A stretch of DNA of 64,000 nt from Eledone cirrhosa (GCA_964016885.1 OZ024742.1:188790001-188854000), one strand, 5' to 3'. Counted from the first letter of the stretch, positions 1 to 13,678 are shown. Notes: generated from the letters alone by a model not told the origin. Numbers and translations: made by a program.

Positions 1-272
1 TTATTTCTTGCATCTAAAATATGTAGTGCCCTCTTTAGGCAGTAAAACCCTGTCATAAAACTCAGTTTTATTTAAATGTAATATATTTAAAAGTGTTTTA
101 TTTAAACTGCAACCCTTCAAATTGAAACAGTGATGTATATCTATGAATTTTCTTTAGAGAGAATATATCTCGCTCCTCAGTTATACTCCAAATGGTTTGA
201 GTTGAAAACATATGTTGAAACTAAAGCATTTACAAAAACAGTTAAATTCATTTTACATTTATCATATATAAC

Positions 273-364
273 TACGAGGGTCGGCTGAAACGTTCATAGG
301 CTGGGCAAGATATTCCCATGTAATATGACAAAATGAGGTTTATTTTCAACATTGACCCCTCGTA
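273..364. mobile_element. short mariner/Tc1-type MITE remnant
   Basis: Termini TACGAGGGTC / GACCCCTCGTA form an inverted repeat with TA ends, a typical mariner terminus. Confidence 0.5.
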
Positions 365-1099
365 TATTTTCAAATTTCCCTCGCATTCCTTGCATTCCTT
401 GCAACCTGGTCACAGACATAATTCTACTGAGCGGTGAATATTTTGAAACTACGAAATACATTATAAATGTAAAGTTAATTTAATAGATTCTGCGTGTTAT
501 CTAAATCTCTGAAATGACTATTCCACGATGGAATTGCTGTGCATACCATACGTTTCATGTTATCGATTAAGTTAACATTTTCTATAATTTTCTGTAGTAA
601 ATGAGGAAAAGCACAGTTCAAGTAGTAAGTAGCAGATGTGGTCGAATCCTACAAGTAAAGTTATTTCATAATTGACTTCTATATTCAATATTATATTGTT
701 TTTCCTGTCATGAATTTAACACAGCTGCTGGTTTTAACGTGATCAGTTGGTTTATCAATGACATTTGCTTTGTAAGGATAGTTCGATTATTGTCGCGTTT
801 CTAGTTAATTTTAGAATTGTGGTTGTATGCCTACTGATTTGGAAAATACTAGTTGAAAGAACCATGATACATGTCTACATAAGGCGATGGGGACATTACA
901 TTATCTATTCTAGTCTCTACCGTCTGTATAACTGGCTTTAAACATGTAAGTGAATGATTTTGTTGTTGTTTATTTTTGTTAACTTCTCTTCTTCGTCTTC
1001 GTCCAAATAATCCTTAGAGGTTCGTGGGGGCAGAGCCCTGAAACAGATGTTCCAGAGTGTCCTAACAGAAGCAACCATCTCCAACTGATCCGGCTTTGT

Positions 1100-1156
<57 letters not shown>

Positions 1157-1235
1157 TGTGTATGTCTGTGTATATGGGTATGTGTGTGTGTGTGTGTAGA
1201 TATAGCCTAATGATACACCACACCTCATCACTTAC

Positions 1236-1428
1236 AGCAATAGCGGAGAAGTTCCACTAAAACATTAACATTGTGAGTGAGTGTAAATGATAAGCCGCCA
1301 TTAATAGTTGAGAGGAAGAAGACAACGATGATGACGAATATAGGGAGGATGAGAAAGAGTAGAAAAAGAGGAGGAGGAGCTGGAGTAGGATGATGTTGCT
1401 GTTGATAATGATGTAATTTTTTTTTCAT
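1236..1428 (-). CDS. candidate first coding exon of a secreted or membrane protein (hypothetical)
   Basis: ATG-started ORF MKKKLHHYQQQHHPTPAPPPLFLLFLILPIFVIIVVFFLSTINGG... has a long hydrophobic stretch and ends at a consensus donor GTAAGT (1235-1230), phase 1; no homology recognised. Confidence 0.3.
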
Positions 1429-1847
1429 GGGTTTACGTTGTCAGTAGCAACGTTAAAATGTAGCACGTACTTAGAGGATTATCTGGGATAATGCACTAGT
1501 TTATAAATTTCTCTTTAAAATGAGAGAATATGAGATCAACAGACTTAAATCATTATTACCTGATAAAGATTAATTCAGATTAAAATCCAATCTCTCTTAT
1601 TAAAAATCATTGAAATTATGAAATACAAATATATTCAAGTTTCATAAGCAAATATAGGGGTCTATATACGCCTTTATTCTGAATCACGTTATGCTAGTAC
1701 AATCGAAAATTAACACAAGGCAGTTGAGATATCATTTTATTTAAATAAGCTCTCAATAAGAATTATTTGTCGACAAACTTTGTAAGACTTTACTTTCAAA
1801 TCTCGAAAGTTATCGTGATTAAACGAGAGCGGGAAGGAGAATAGTAC

Positions 1848-1969
<122 letters not shown>

Positions 1970-2183
1970 ATATATATATATATCATTAGCATTAATCGAC
2001 CGCTCCTCGAGCTGATCGACAGTGAAACATATGTAATATGTAATTAAATATGTATATGATGCAACACTGATTCTTTGTTTCCTTATATATTATTATTCAT
2101 ACTTTACTTTAAACGAGCATTGAGTGCTCATGTCTGCATACCGCCTACTGACGCAATTAATTTGCACCTTTAATGCCTATATA

Positions 2184-2225
<42 letters not shown>

Positions 2226-4098
2226 TGAAGATAGGTCAGGAATTCGATGCCTCTTGCCTTCTGGATTTGTAGTCAATATTGGGCATTGAAACTTTGGGTA
2301 GAGCTTTTATTCTGTGCATGAACATAAATGAATAATATTTGTTGTGTGTGTGGCTGTATGTGTACGTATGTATGTGTGTGTGTGTGTGTAGCCAAATACC
2401 GAGGTAGCTGGGGTATGAATACGCCTTAATATATTCACATCGAGACCAATTGTATATTTGTTGTAATAATCCATGTATGTGTATATCTATGTTAAAATTA
2501 AAACGAGTAAGAAAGATAGATGATCAAGAGAAAAAGTAATAGAGCTTACGTGAGAGAGTGAGATAGTTACAGAGATAAGGAGAAATAAGGCAGAATGAAA
2601 GACGAAAGAATTAACAGATAAAGTGCATTGAAGATGGTAACCCATTTGAAAGAATAGGATAAAGTGAAAAGAGAAAAGACAAATAAACGGGAAAACGATG
2701 GAGGGGAAGAGAGATAGAGATAAAGAATTATTGAAGGACCAAGCCGTAGAGAATGAAAAGAAGCTATGTGAAGGAGCTTAATATGGAAGTAAAAAGCATG
2801 GTAGAAAATGTAAGAAACAGAGAGGAGATAGATGAACGCTGAAAACGAGTGAAAGCGTACTTATGTGCGAGAAAAAGATTGATTGATAGAAAAGGAAGTA
2901 AGAAGCAGAAGAAAAGGTTTCACAGAAAGATGCAGGAGCTTTTGTATTTAATACAACAGATTTCATTTCCTGTTGTTTTATGGAAGAAAGTCCGGAAACA
3001 ACGTGAAAGTTTCAATTGACTTTCTATACTGCATGAAGATTTCGCTATTATTGGCAACATAGTGAGCATAACAAGCGCAGCTCCAATGTACGTCGACAAT
3101 TCTAATCTCTGTTAATCTCCGGTTCTAATAACGCTCAGCAGAGACATTTAGAACTATCGTCAATGTCCGTGATGGAAATTTATTGTTGGCTTTCATATAT
3201 TCTGTCGTTTAGGTTATACTTTAACACTGACTTTGTTTAAAATAGTCTTTGAGATAGTCAATCATTTATAGAAAAACTCTATCAGCAGTTTATCGAGTAA
3301 TTGATGTTAGGAAATTTGGTACCAAATATGTATAAAACAATGAAGGAAAGACTTACAATAATTCAGAATTTTCTAAAATGTGTTTTCTTAGCTTACTGTG
3401 TAAGCGGACCACTGTGGAATTGAGTTAAGTCCAATACTTCAAGTACTATGTAAAAATTTGATATACACACGTTAATGGGTATTCGATATTTTCTATGTAA
3501 ATAAATGGCTTTCGTTCAATTGTTATTTCATTGTATAGTAATCTTGAAGTGAAGTGATGGTGGTGGTGGTTGGTGAGCGTAATCGTAGTGCTTTTGTCTG
3601 TGGAGTAATTCATTTAAACGAAAGGGGTCTTTTGTAGTGAAATGTTTGAGAACCACCGTCTTAGAATGTCAATAAATATGAGCTCTACAAATACTAATAA
3701 GCATAAATAAAATCATTAGATTCCTAGCCAGAATGAAATGCATGAACAGGTGAGTGGTCATTATCGCATCTAGCTAACCTGGTCGTGTTAAATGAAATCA
3801 CACATGGTTACGCTATAAAATTGTTTGCTTCAAATATACTATCTATTTTCGCTTAGGTTTGCTTAATACATTGTGATTGAAATTTTGTGGATAAAAATGA
3901 GTTGGAAGCCTGTCAGAAGAACTATATAGAAAGAGTCGGAGAAAGATGGCTGAGCTCTTGATGTTTCGACAGCTAGTGCCACCAAGTTCTAAACTCCATC
4001 TGGAAATAAGTGTTGAAACGGCAGGGGCTCAGATGCTCTTATCCCAAGTATCGAGTACTCTGTTGAATAATGATCTAACTAGTTTAATACTGGTTTAA

Positions 4099-4142
<44 letters not shown>

Positions 4143-4359
4143 ATACAGAAACACACAGATACATGCGGACACATACATATATCCTTAAATTAGTGGTGCC
4201 ACCTCAACCGATGTTGCTCTATGAATAACTGGGACAAAATAATCCGAATGGATTAGACTGATTCAGTATCAGAGCTATATAATACATTATGAAGAGAGAA
4301 GAAACATAAGATATAATTAATAATAAGATATACCCTAACCTAATTCCTTCTTTACTCCC

Positions 4360-4452
4360 TCCTCGACTACGTAGTTTCGTGGCATATTATGCAAAAATAC
4401 TACATCACAGAGATATAGTATGTTTGTGATGTCTGCCGACTTATCAGGAGGA
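4360..4452 (-). ncRNA. hammerhead ribozyme, left-arm copy (C3/A8 mismatch)
   Basis: tcctc-CTGATAA-GTCGGCA...TGCCAC-GAAA-CTACGTAG-TC-gagga on the minus strand. Confidence 0.65.
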
Positions 4453-4729
4453 TACCACATAAAGAGTTTCAAAACACATCCGTAGGACGCGAGATAGAAT
4501 CCTAAAAGGCGGAGGGGAGTCAATCACGGGATACAGCGGTCAAGAAACAGAGCCACCTCTTCTATGGCTTTGATATAAGTACCCCCTCAGCCTCCGTGGT
4601 ATTTTTTTCATGGTTATAATAGGCTTAGCTCTGTTTCTTGACCGCTGTATCATGTGATTGACACCCGCTCCGCCTTTCGAGATTCTATCTCGCGTCCTAC
4701 GGACGTGTTTTGAAACTCTTAATGAGGTA

Positions 4730-4822
4730 TCCTCTTGATAAGTCGGCAGACCTCACAAAAATTCTATATCTCTGTGATGTAGTATTTTTGCATAATATGC
4801 CACGAAACTACGTAGTCGAGGA
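4730..4822 (+). ncRNA. type I hammerhead ribozyme, U3-A8 core variant, extended stem II
   Basis: Stem I tcctc/gagga; core TTGATAA; stem II GT(C)GGCA...TGCCAC; GAAA; palindromic stem III ACTACGTAGT; GUC site after 4817. Confidence 0.8.
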
Positions 4823-4890
4823 GTAAAGAAGGAGTTTGGGTATGATATATGTTATTATTAATTATATCTAATGTTTCTTCTCTCTTCATA

Positions 4891-4948
<58 letters not shown>

Positions 4949-4950
<2 letters not shown>

Positions 4951-5049
4951 GAAAAGAGTCAGGACCCCGACGGCCTAGCCCCGGCTGCCTCGGCAGCTAG
5001 GTCTGAACACTTATGGTCCACCTGGTTCCTTACCACACTTCCTTCGTTA
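4949..5049 (+). mobile_element. TA-flanked 'family A' tail fragment with small internal hairpin
   Basis: Ends TTATGGTCCACCTGGTTCCTTACCACACTTCCTTCGTTA(TA)n; homologous to 31014, 32389, 33899, 59881 and 61358. Confidence 0.75.
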
Positions 5050-5236
5050 TATAATTATATATATATATATATGTATATATATAATAAGGAGTTGACGGAC
5101 CCAGTATGTAGTATAAAATGCCAGGACCGGTTGTATCTCAGCGTACTCAATAGGTAATATAGGATACATTCCCAGAATATACACATAGTTAATCGCGTCA
5201 ATACAACACACTTAAAACGAGTGCCTATAGTAGTTG

Positions 5237-5345
5237 CCGGGCTCGAGTTTCGGCCACACTTAGTGCAACAGCAGGGTGCACTGCTCACTCTGTCTGCATA
5301 TATTATGAAACAATGCATAATCAGCATAGGTGGCTTCATCAGCAG
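5237..5345 (-). ncRNA. decayed hammerhead with long stem II
   Basis: ctg-CTGATGA-AGCCAC...GTGGCC-GAAA-CTCGAG-CC-cgg; U16.1 appears mutated to C. Confidence 0.55.
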
Positions 5346-5842
5346 GTATCGCCTAATCAATAACTAATCGATCGACATAATCGAAACCCCAGCACATGAT
5401 AGTTTGTGACAGCCGACACGGTAAAGCGATTAACAACTGTAATACGATACAATTCCGTCCACCGACAAGCCACTGATTTTACAAACTTGGTGACGGGAAA
5501 ATAGAAAACAAATATTTTCGTTCCCGTAAAAACCTCAGCCAACGTGTCTCACACGCAAATTATTGAGAGGTGAAAAGATAGTTATTAGAAAGAGCAATTC
5601 CACATCGATGTATAATAGAATGGAAGCATTCGGCTCATGTCTCCAAGTCCCATGGCTAGAGGAAAGTGATAGTAACAATGGTAGTGCCAGTATCTATTAC
5701 ACAACTTAAAAGAGTGAGAGATAAAATTAATAGCAGGAATTAGAGCGCATATCAAAACAAAACTCAATAATATATATATATATATAGGTATGTATATATA
5801 TATATATATATATATATAGATATAGATATATATAGATATATA

Positions 5843-6390
5843 TATATGAATGTATATATAGTGTATTTTGCAATACACTGTATGCTTAATTAAAAGCATT
5901 TCGAAGACCTTATGCTATTGTTTTAGAGTAGTGACAGACTCACTTACTTTAATTTTAGGCAAACAGGGGGAGATAAAGCTGACAAGGCCTTGTTTCGCAT
6001 TTATTGATGCTTATCAAAGCCAACTACTCCGGCTGTCTGCTGAAATCATGGATGTTTGGTTCTTATAGATTTCTAGTAAATAATCAGGAACTGATTATAC
6101 AGAACGGTTGCCGGTCTATCAGAAATTGAAAATTAGAATTGGTGCTCTTAAATAGCTATATATATATGAATGTATATATAGTGTATTTTGCAATACACTG
6201 TACGCTTAGCTAAAAGCATTTCGAAGACCTTATGCTATTGTTTTAGAGTAGTGACAGACTCACTTACTTTAGTTTTCAATTTTCAATTTAAGGTCTTCGA
6301 AATGCTTTTAATTAGGCATACAGTGTATTGCAAAATACACTATATATACATTCATATATATATAGCTATTTCAGAGTACCAATTCTAATT
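5843..6390. mobile_element. PLE-like tail with partial tandem repeat (5843-5955 ~ 6160-6275) and inverted copy (6287-6390)
   Basis: Direct and inverted copies of the same TA-flanked terminus; internal HHR. Confidence 0.7.
5977..6021 (-). ncRNA. minimal type I hammerhead ribozyme, U3-A8 variant
   Basis: ggct-TTGATAA-GCAT caataa ATGC-GAAA-CAAGGCCTTG-TC-agct; palindromic stem III; GUC site. Confidence 0.8.
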
Positions 6391-6435
6391 ATATATATAT
6401 ATATGTATATATATATATGTATGTGTATATATATG

Positions 6436-7194
6436 GAAGCCTCGACAAGGAGATAAACGCCAGGATCTGCAAGGTCAGTCAAGCTCTCGGCCGCCTGTGG
6501 ACACGTGTCCTGAACCAGCACAAGATCAGGCAGTCCACTAAGTTCAAGGTGTACAGCGCTGTTGTTCTCCCCAGCCTCCTCTACGGATGTGAGACATGGG
6601 CCCTGCACAGAAGGCACCTGAAGCAGCTGGAACGGTTCCACATACGCAGATTGCGGTCAATCATGAACATCAAATGGCAGGACAAGGTCTCCAACCTCGA
6701 AGTTCTTGACATGGCTGAGACAACCAGTCTCGAAGCTATGATACTGAAGAGCCGACTTTGATGGTTGGGGAATACCATCCTGATGGACGATCACAGGCTT
6801 CCGAAGCAACTGATGTATGGGGAACTCTGTTCGGGGAAACGAAAGCATGGCAGGCCTCTCAAGAGGTTCAAAGACTGTGTGAAGTCCAGCATCAACAACA
6901 CTGGAATCGCCCCAAAACAACTCGAGTCCCATGTTCAGGCCAGGACTGAGTGGCGAGTCCTTACCAGATGCGCCCAAAACTCTTTTGAAGAGAAGAGACG
7001 TACAGAGATCACTGAGGCCCGTGAAAGGAGGAGCAAGGCATCAGCAGCTGCCCCAAGCGACTTCGGTCGCTTCCCCTGCCCCCACTATCCCATGACCTGC
7101 AATTCAAAGATCGGCTTCCACGGCCACCTTCGTGCCCACGGCAGACGGGAATAGTAATGAAGAAGATGTCATCATAATTTACGATGAACAACCA

Positions 7195-7197
<3 letters not shown>
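6436..7197 (+). mobile_element. RTE-clade LINE, 5'-truncated 3' fragment (post-RT region, C2H2-like finger, short 3' UTR)
   Basis: YSAVVLPSLLYGCETW...LERFHIRRLRSIMNIKWQDKVSN...RLPKQLMYGEL...GRPLKRFKD...FPCPH...HLRAH; a single in-frame TGA at 6759; TA-flanked. Confidence 0.92.
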
Positions 7198-7272
<75 letters not shown>

Positions 7273-7329
7273 ATATATATGTGTGTGTAAGAAAATGTAC
7301 ATACGTCTTCCCTACCAGCCGTCTTCAGA

Positions 7330-7496
7330 AATAATTGTTACTACTTTTGGCACAAGGCCAGCAATTACCCAGTGCATTACTGGTACTTTCTTTTATCGAC
7401 CCCGTAAGGATGAAAGGCAAAGTTAGCCGCGGCGGGATTTGAACTCAGATCATAAAGGGAGGTAACTCTATGCTTCAAAGCATGGCGTCCGACCCT
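7330..7496 (-). mobile_element. tRNA-derived SINE (Meta-domain-like)
   Basis: Minus strand: B-box GAGTTCAAATCC, then GCCTTTCATCCTTACGGGTCGATAAA..GTACCAG; many copies in the window. Confidence 0.8.
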
Positions 7497-7666
7497 GCTG
7501 GTAGTAGTAGATGAATAAATGAGCATACCCTGACTGCTAATTTATTCATCTACTACTACCAGCTTAATTATCTACATTGCCCCTTCCTATTTTTACTATT
7601 GGTCAATCTCAACCTTGTTCTTAAAAGGTTACTTATTCATACATGTTTTTATATTCTTCAATAAAC

Positions 7667-7815
7667 AAAACTCATTATTTCTGAAGACGGCGGGTAGGGA
7701 AGACGTATGTATATGTTCTTACTTTGATAATTTGTAATAGATTTTACATAGATCACTAATAAAATTAACATATGGAGAACTACCCCCCAGAAACGATCGT
7801 AAAATAATGAGTTTT
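7667..7815 (+). ncRNA. hammerhead ribozyme with ~100-nt stem II insertion
   Basis: 14-bp stem I aaaactcattattt/aaataatgagtttt; CTGAAGA; GGGTAG...CTACCC; GAAA-CGATCG-TA; GUA site after 7801. Confidence 0.75.
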
Positions 7816-8025
7816 ACTATGAATTACCTGTATTTTGTTTAATTTCATTGTTTTCACTATTTGTATTATTTTGGCTCTGCTTCCAATGAATTATATCGTT
7901 GAAATTCTGTATTTTAAACTTTGCTTCACGACATATTCTACATAGGGATTACATTGAGTTGTTCATACGGCAAGGACCCTACCATTAATTGGTGGATTTA
8001 TTTGAGTGTATATATATATATATGT

Positions 8026-8638
8026 GTTCGGTAAACCGATACGTGCATATATATATGTGTGTGCATGTATGTATATATATACATACTACTGTACGTCTGT
8101 ATACATATATGTATGTACGTATACATACATACATACTTACATTTAAGTAAGTGCCGTACTATGACAAATGAAATTTCGTTTCATTCTATTCCATTTATCG
8201 TTTTCGGTGTGCCCAGCCGACTCAACTCACTCGATATACAAATTAGTCTGCTCAGCCGTTAATATGCATAAGGAAAGTATATACTCTCAGACGTTCAACC
8301 ATCCGGCAGGAAGGTATACGATGCTGACGATAGTTAATAAGCTTGAAACTAGTACATCGTTCCTATGTCAGTGTTGAACAAAAAGGTGACGTGGTTGCCT
8401 AAACACTGTACGGCGTAATTCGGGCTGTTTGTTTGTTTACAAACAAACAAAGCGAGCATTATAATAAATGTTCGGTAAACCGATACGTGCATATATATAT
8501 GTGTGCATGTATGTATATATATACATACTACTGTACGTCTGTATACATATATGAATGTACGTATACATACATACATACTTACATTTAAGTAAGTGCCGTA
8601 CTAAGAGTGAGAAATGAAATTTCGTTTCATTCTATTCT
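8026..8638 (+). mobile_element. pseudo-LTR-like partial tandem (8026-8190 ~ 8469-8638) flanking an HHR
   Basis: ~165-bp direct repeats between TA tracts. Confidence 0.65.
8318..8360 (+). ncRNA. minimal type I hammerhead ribozyme
   Basis: acgatg-CTGACGA-tAGTT aata AGCTt-GAAA-CTAG-TA-catcgt; palindromic ACTAGT; GUA site. Confidence 0.8.
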
Positions 8639-8651
8639 ATATATATATAGA

Positions 8652-8770
8652 AGGCGTGTGGCTGAGTGGTTAGAGAATTGGATTCGCAATCGTAAGGTTG
8701 TGAGTTCGATTCCTGGACCAGGCGATGCGTTATGTCCTTGGGCAAGACACTTTATTTCACGTTGCTCCTT
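8652..8770 (+). mobile_element. tRNA-derived SINE with CORE-like segment
   Basis: A-box TGGCTGAGTGG, B-box GTTCGATTCC, then CCTTGGGCAAGACACTT; related copies ~9157-9230 and ~38435-38560. Confidence 0.75.
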
Positions 8771-8866
8771 CTACCTGGAGTTGCGACCGATAGATAGTAT
8801 TAGCAATTGGAAAGACCAACGGAAACATTGTTCCCTCGGTCCGATTTGACGAAAGTCGATCGTTCC

Positions 8867-8909
<43 letters not shown>

Positions 8910-9458
8910 TTTTAAGGTAGTGCCTAACGTCACCACCATTGCGATCTACGCAACGGTGGTATTAACAAATTCCAACACCAGTACGGTTATAACCATGAAC
9001 ATGTTACTTTGAAAAGTTAACCGTAGCTGACACCAATCGAGTATACAAACAAATAATACAACTATGATGCCGCAAACCCCTTATTTCGCAAAGCAAAGTA
9101 TAATTTATTTTGCATGAATTAATTTATTTTTCATATATATTATATATATGAGTGTAGGCGCGTGGATTCGATTCCAGTCCTGGGTTGTGTGTTGTGTTCT
9201 TGAGCAAAATACTTCATTTTACGTTGTTGCAGCATACTAAGCTGAACATGAATACCAGAAATACCTGTATGTTTAACCCGGCGATGGACTGGCGTCCTGG
9301 CCAAGGGTGAGTCTTATACTCTGTCGCTTCACACCACCAAACTGGGATAAACACCTACCTGCCTAACGAGCCTCTTTTCTGGAAATAGACCATATAATTT
9401 GTTATTTATTCATATATATATATATATATATATAAAAACATTAGTTGCCCACTCACAA

Positions 9459-9613
<155 letters not shown>

Positions 9614-10229
9614 TGTGTTTCTGCAATGTTAGGACTATACTGCGCATGTTGGAATTTAGTCAACGTAAATAGACACATTGCTGGAAGTAAAATCGTGCAT
9701 TGAAAAGAGGAAACTTAGAATATTTCAATGGATCATCATCACTGATCAAATATTTAATATTTAGATTCACGTTAGCTTCTCTAATAACATATCCAATAGG
9801 CATAAAAAGAAATTAACTGAAGTGTCAAGGGTAACCTTACCTCTAAGCTTGTTAAACGATATATTGATTGCATCTAATATCTTTTGAACAAAAATAGTAT
9901 TTCCTTGATGAAATCATATTGATAAAAGACTGTAGAAATACTCGACAAAATAATATCTTTACCGTAATATAGCTTTAGCAATGATAACATAGTTCTTCGT
10001 TTCTATCTGTATATACGTGTCTGTGTTGCATAAACACACACACACACTCACACACACACACTTACACATTATATGTCTATATGTATATGTGTGTGTGTAT
10101 GTGTGCGTTGCGTTTGTATTTGGGCTTTGCCTATCTGAGTGAATAAGGAGCAGGGTGAAACAGATAGTAACAGAGATAAATTGCGTGTCAAGAGAATAGA
10201 TGAGAGTGATATCCCACATGTCTATGTAG

Positions 10230-10545
10230 TTGATATAATACATGTAATACATTATATAACCATTATATAAACTATAAAATATATATAATAAATGATATAA
10301 CATACGTAATAAATTATATAATGCATGTAATAAAATATATAAGCTATGTAATAAATTATAAAATACATGCAACAAATAATATAATGTATGTAATAAATTA
10401 TATAATATGTGTAATAAATTATATAAAACATGTAATAAATTATATAACACATGTAATACATTATATAATACATGTAATAAATTATATAACACGTGTAATA
10501 AATTATGTAATACATGTAATACATTATATAATATTTGTAATATAA
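10230..10545. repeat. 21-bp minisatellite (ACATGTAATAAATTATATAAT-like)
   Basis: Visible periodicity; explains the 7-aa repeats in ORFs 9959-10646. Confidence 0.85.
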
Positions 10546-10690
10546 TATGTTATAGAGTATATACTATAGGTAATACATTACATACACACATAACATACAA
10601 TAAAGTACACCCAAATGTACTACATACATATGTTTATATAGTTTAATACATATGTGATATGTGTATGTAGGTTATTACGTATGTAACATG

Positions 10691-10885
10691 TACGAGGTGC
10701 GCTGAGAGGTTATTGACATTAAAGATATCGTGAAAGGGTAGGGCTGTTACATTTACAGTTGAGGTAGTCCCGCTGCAATAAGTGTGTGATTCTCAGAGAG
10801 GAATACGTTGTATAAACTCATAATTAACTTATCCTCCTTTATTTTCTCTTACACAAAGTCAGGAACTATTTAGCACCACCTCGTT
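10691..10885. mobile_element. mariner-type MITE
   Basis: Degenerate TIRs TACGAGGTGCGCTGAGAGGTTATTGAC / GTCAGGAACTATTTAGCACCACCTCGT. Confidence 0.65.
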
Positions 10886-11164
10886 TTGTGTAGTTCATTA
10901 CAGATGTTATGTGTATCGAATTTATTATATATGTTATGTGTATTTCATTACATATATTATGTTATTAGAGTTTCCAAACTCTAAAAACCCAGACGGAGAG
11001 TAGCATGAAAAGAAATCACCCCAAACGGGATAAATGAGGCAAAATGAGGAGATTTTAGATAATGAAAGCTATAACCATTTTCAGAAGGGAAGATGTCTCT
11101 CACCCTTCCGAAAGTGGTCTCCCCTTTCAACGAGCAGAGTTGCCATTTCGGAATTATATATATA

Positions 11165-11665
11165 CTAACAGTGGTACCCGGCGTTGCACGGGATAAGGTA
11201 CTGTGAAATATATAACGGCTTAGTATTACCACAACCACGGCTGGCAAAGAAGTAAGGGTCTGGTGGTACGTAAGTAAGCAACACTGTGGCTAAAAACGTG
11301 AGGAATAAGTTGTGTGCACTTACCAACTGATTGTGGAATGAGTGTGAGATTTGTTTTGAGCAAGGGTGGCAGAATAACCAGATGCAGCAGACAGACAGAC
11401 ATACAGACAGATATTATAAGGGCGCGAGGTTATATGTATGTATCTATCTAAAAAGAGAAATACTAAGAATTATAGAGAGAGATCGGTAAATCGTCTAATG
11501 CGGTCCCTAGGTCATTGAAAATTTGAAATGTATTTTTTGCTCAGAACACTCCCTGAAACATAAGTATTAGATGTGTAAAGTTTGAAAAGAGTCGGTTGGG
11601 TGCTTCTGTAGTTTTAGGGATTCAAACTCACACACACAGACAGACATCCTCAGTTTTATATATAA
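11165..11665 (-). mobile_element. non-autonomous Helitron-like element
   Basis: Minus strand starts TATATAAAACTGAGGATGTCTGTCTG and ends with hairpin CCCGTGCAACGCCGGG ~9 nt before a TTAG (CTAG-like) end. Confidence 0.7.
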
Positions 11666-11729
11666 TGAAGAAATGTATTACTTATGTTATATGTGTATTA
11701 TATAAGTCATATATGTGTAAGTAGTACAT

Positions 11730-11809
<80 letters not shown>

Positions 11810-12942
11810 TATGTGTGTATGTGTGTGTATAATATTTGATATGCTATATGCGTGTGAATAATGTATTACATGTTTTTTATGTGTACGTATTGTATTATTG
11901 TATTGCATATATTCCAGTTCTATGTAGAGATGGGGAATTGGCAGAGTCTTTATACTGTTTGATGGGATGCTATGCGACTCTCTGCTCTTTGAGTTCAAAT
12001 CCTTCCGAGTTCAATTTTGCCTTTAATCGTTTCGAGCCTACCCTACCCAACACAATAGGTACTAATCCAGTACTGAGGGTGATTCCTACTGTTTATCTCT
12101 TTCTAACATCCTTTCCCTCACCCTCTGACCTTCTCTGGGAAAGTAGTTACTATATTCAAACCTACAGAGCTGATGGGATTTGCAAACTTAAAACATGCCC
12201 TAGAAACGCCATTTATTTATAGGAGTTCGCCAAGACTCACGCGGGAGACATGGGACTATTTATGCATATGTATATGTAATTTATTACATATGTTATATGT
12301 GTATACATGTTAATACATATGTATTATGTGTATGTAGCTTATTGGTATAATTATTTGCGATTGTGTTCACTTGTCCATGTTCGAGGATGTATAAACCTAT
12401 GGGAAAATTAATAGAATAAGATATTTGTAAAAATATAAGGCAGCAAATTACAAAATAGAGATTAGTGTGGCCTTCAAGAGGAATTTGGTTATTATTTCTA
12501 ACAGGTGGATACACACAAATGGTGTTTCTTTCTATTTGTAATTAACTATGTGATTCTGATCGTGACTGTGTGTTCTCTCACTCTCTCTCTTCCTAGGTCT
12601 CTCTCACACACTCTCTCTCTCTCTCTCTAATCTATCTATGTATCTTGCACTCTCTCTCTCACTATAGATATCAGCCAGTGTGTATTTATGTGTATGTGTG
12701 TGTATATATTTATGTATAAATATAGTATAAATCACACATGAGTGCAAATAAACCCATTATCCGGTTTGGTACGCATATATATACATGCACATATATATAT
12801 TGATCATACGGAATGACCTGTTCTATCTAGTGGTGAACCAACAAACCTAAATAAATATATATATATATATATAGGTGTGTGTGTGTTTGTGTGTGAATAT
12901 ACACACACACACATATATATATATATTTATATATATATACAC

Positions 12943-13018
<76 letters not shown>

Positions 13019-13057
13019 GTGTGTGTCTATCTATTTATCTATCTATCTATCTATAGT

Positions 13058-13486
<429 letters not shown>

Positions 13487-13678
13487 TATATATATATATG
13501 GGATAACAAGTTATCGTTATAGGTAATCCAGTTAGAGGTTGTGAGTACTCTGTATTGTGGATAGTTTTCGAGTGATTAGCGGCCTTTAGACTCCCCTGAT
13601 CAATGAAACAATTGTTAATACTTAAAATAAAGCCCCTTGTTGTACAGCCGACCATGTTATTCTTCTTCAATCTTTCAC

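Larger units (their letters stand above)
4282..4895. repeat. fold-back insertion, arms ~4282-4553 / 4628-4895, ending in (TA)n
   Basis: ~270-bp arms are reverse complements with scattered substitutions; each carries an HHR. Confidence 0.9.

Noticed and set aside
938-1093. Second exon joined to the 1236 donor (giving ...YCSGSVGDGCFC*)
   Set aside because: Acceptor lacks a polypyrimidine tract, and the intron would be mostly (CA)n
2226-2300. CTGAAGA...GAAAC as a hammerhead
   Set aside because: Stems I and II cannot be closed. The same applies to CTGANGA hits at ~175, 51958 and 54411
8652-8725. tRNA gene
   Set aside because: A/B boxes continue into a SINE core; no complete cloverleaf
9959-10646. 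Heptad-repeat ORFs (LYNLLHV) resembling a coiled coil or LRR
   Set aside because: Product of a 21-bp minisatellite open in several frames
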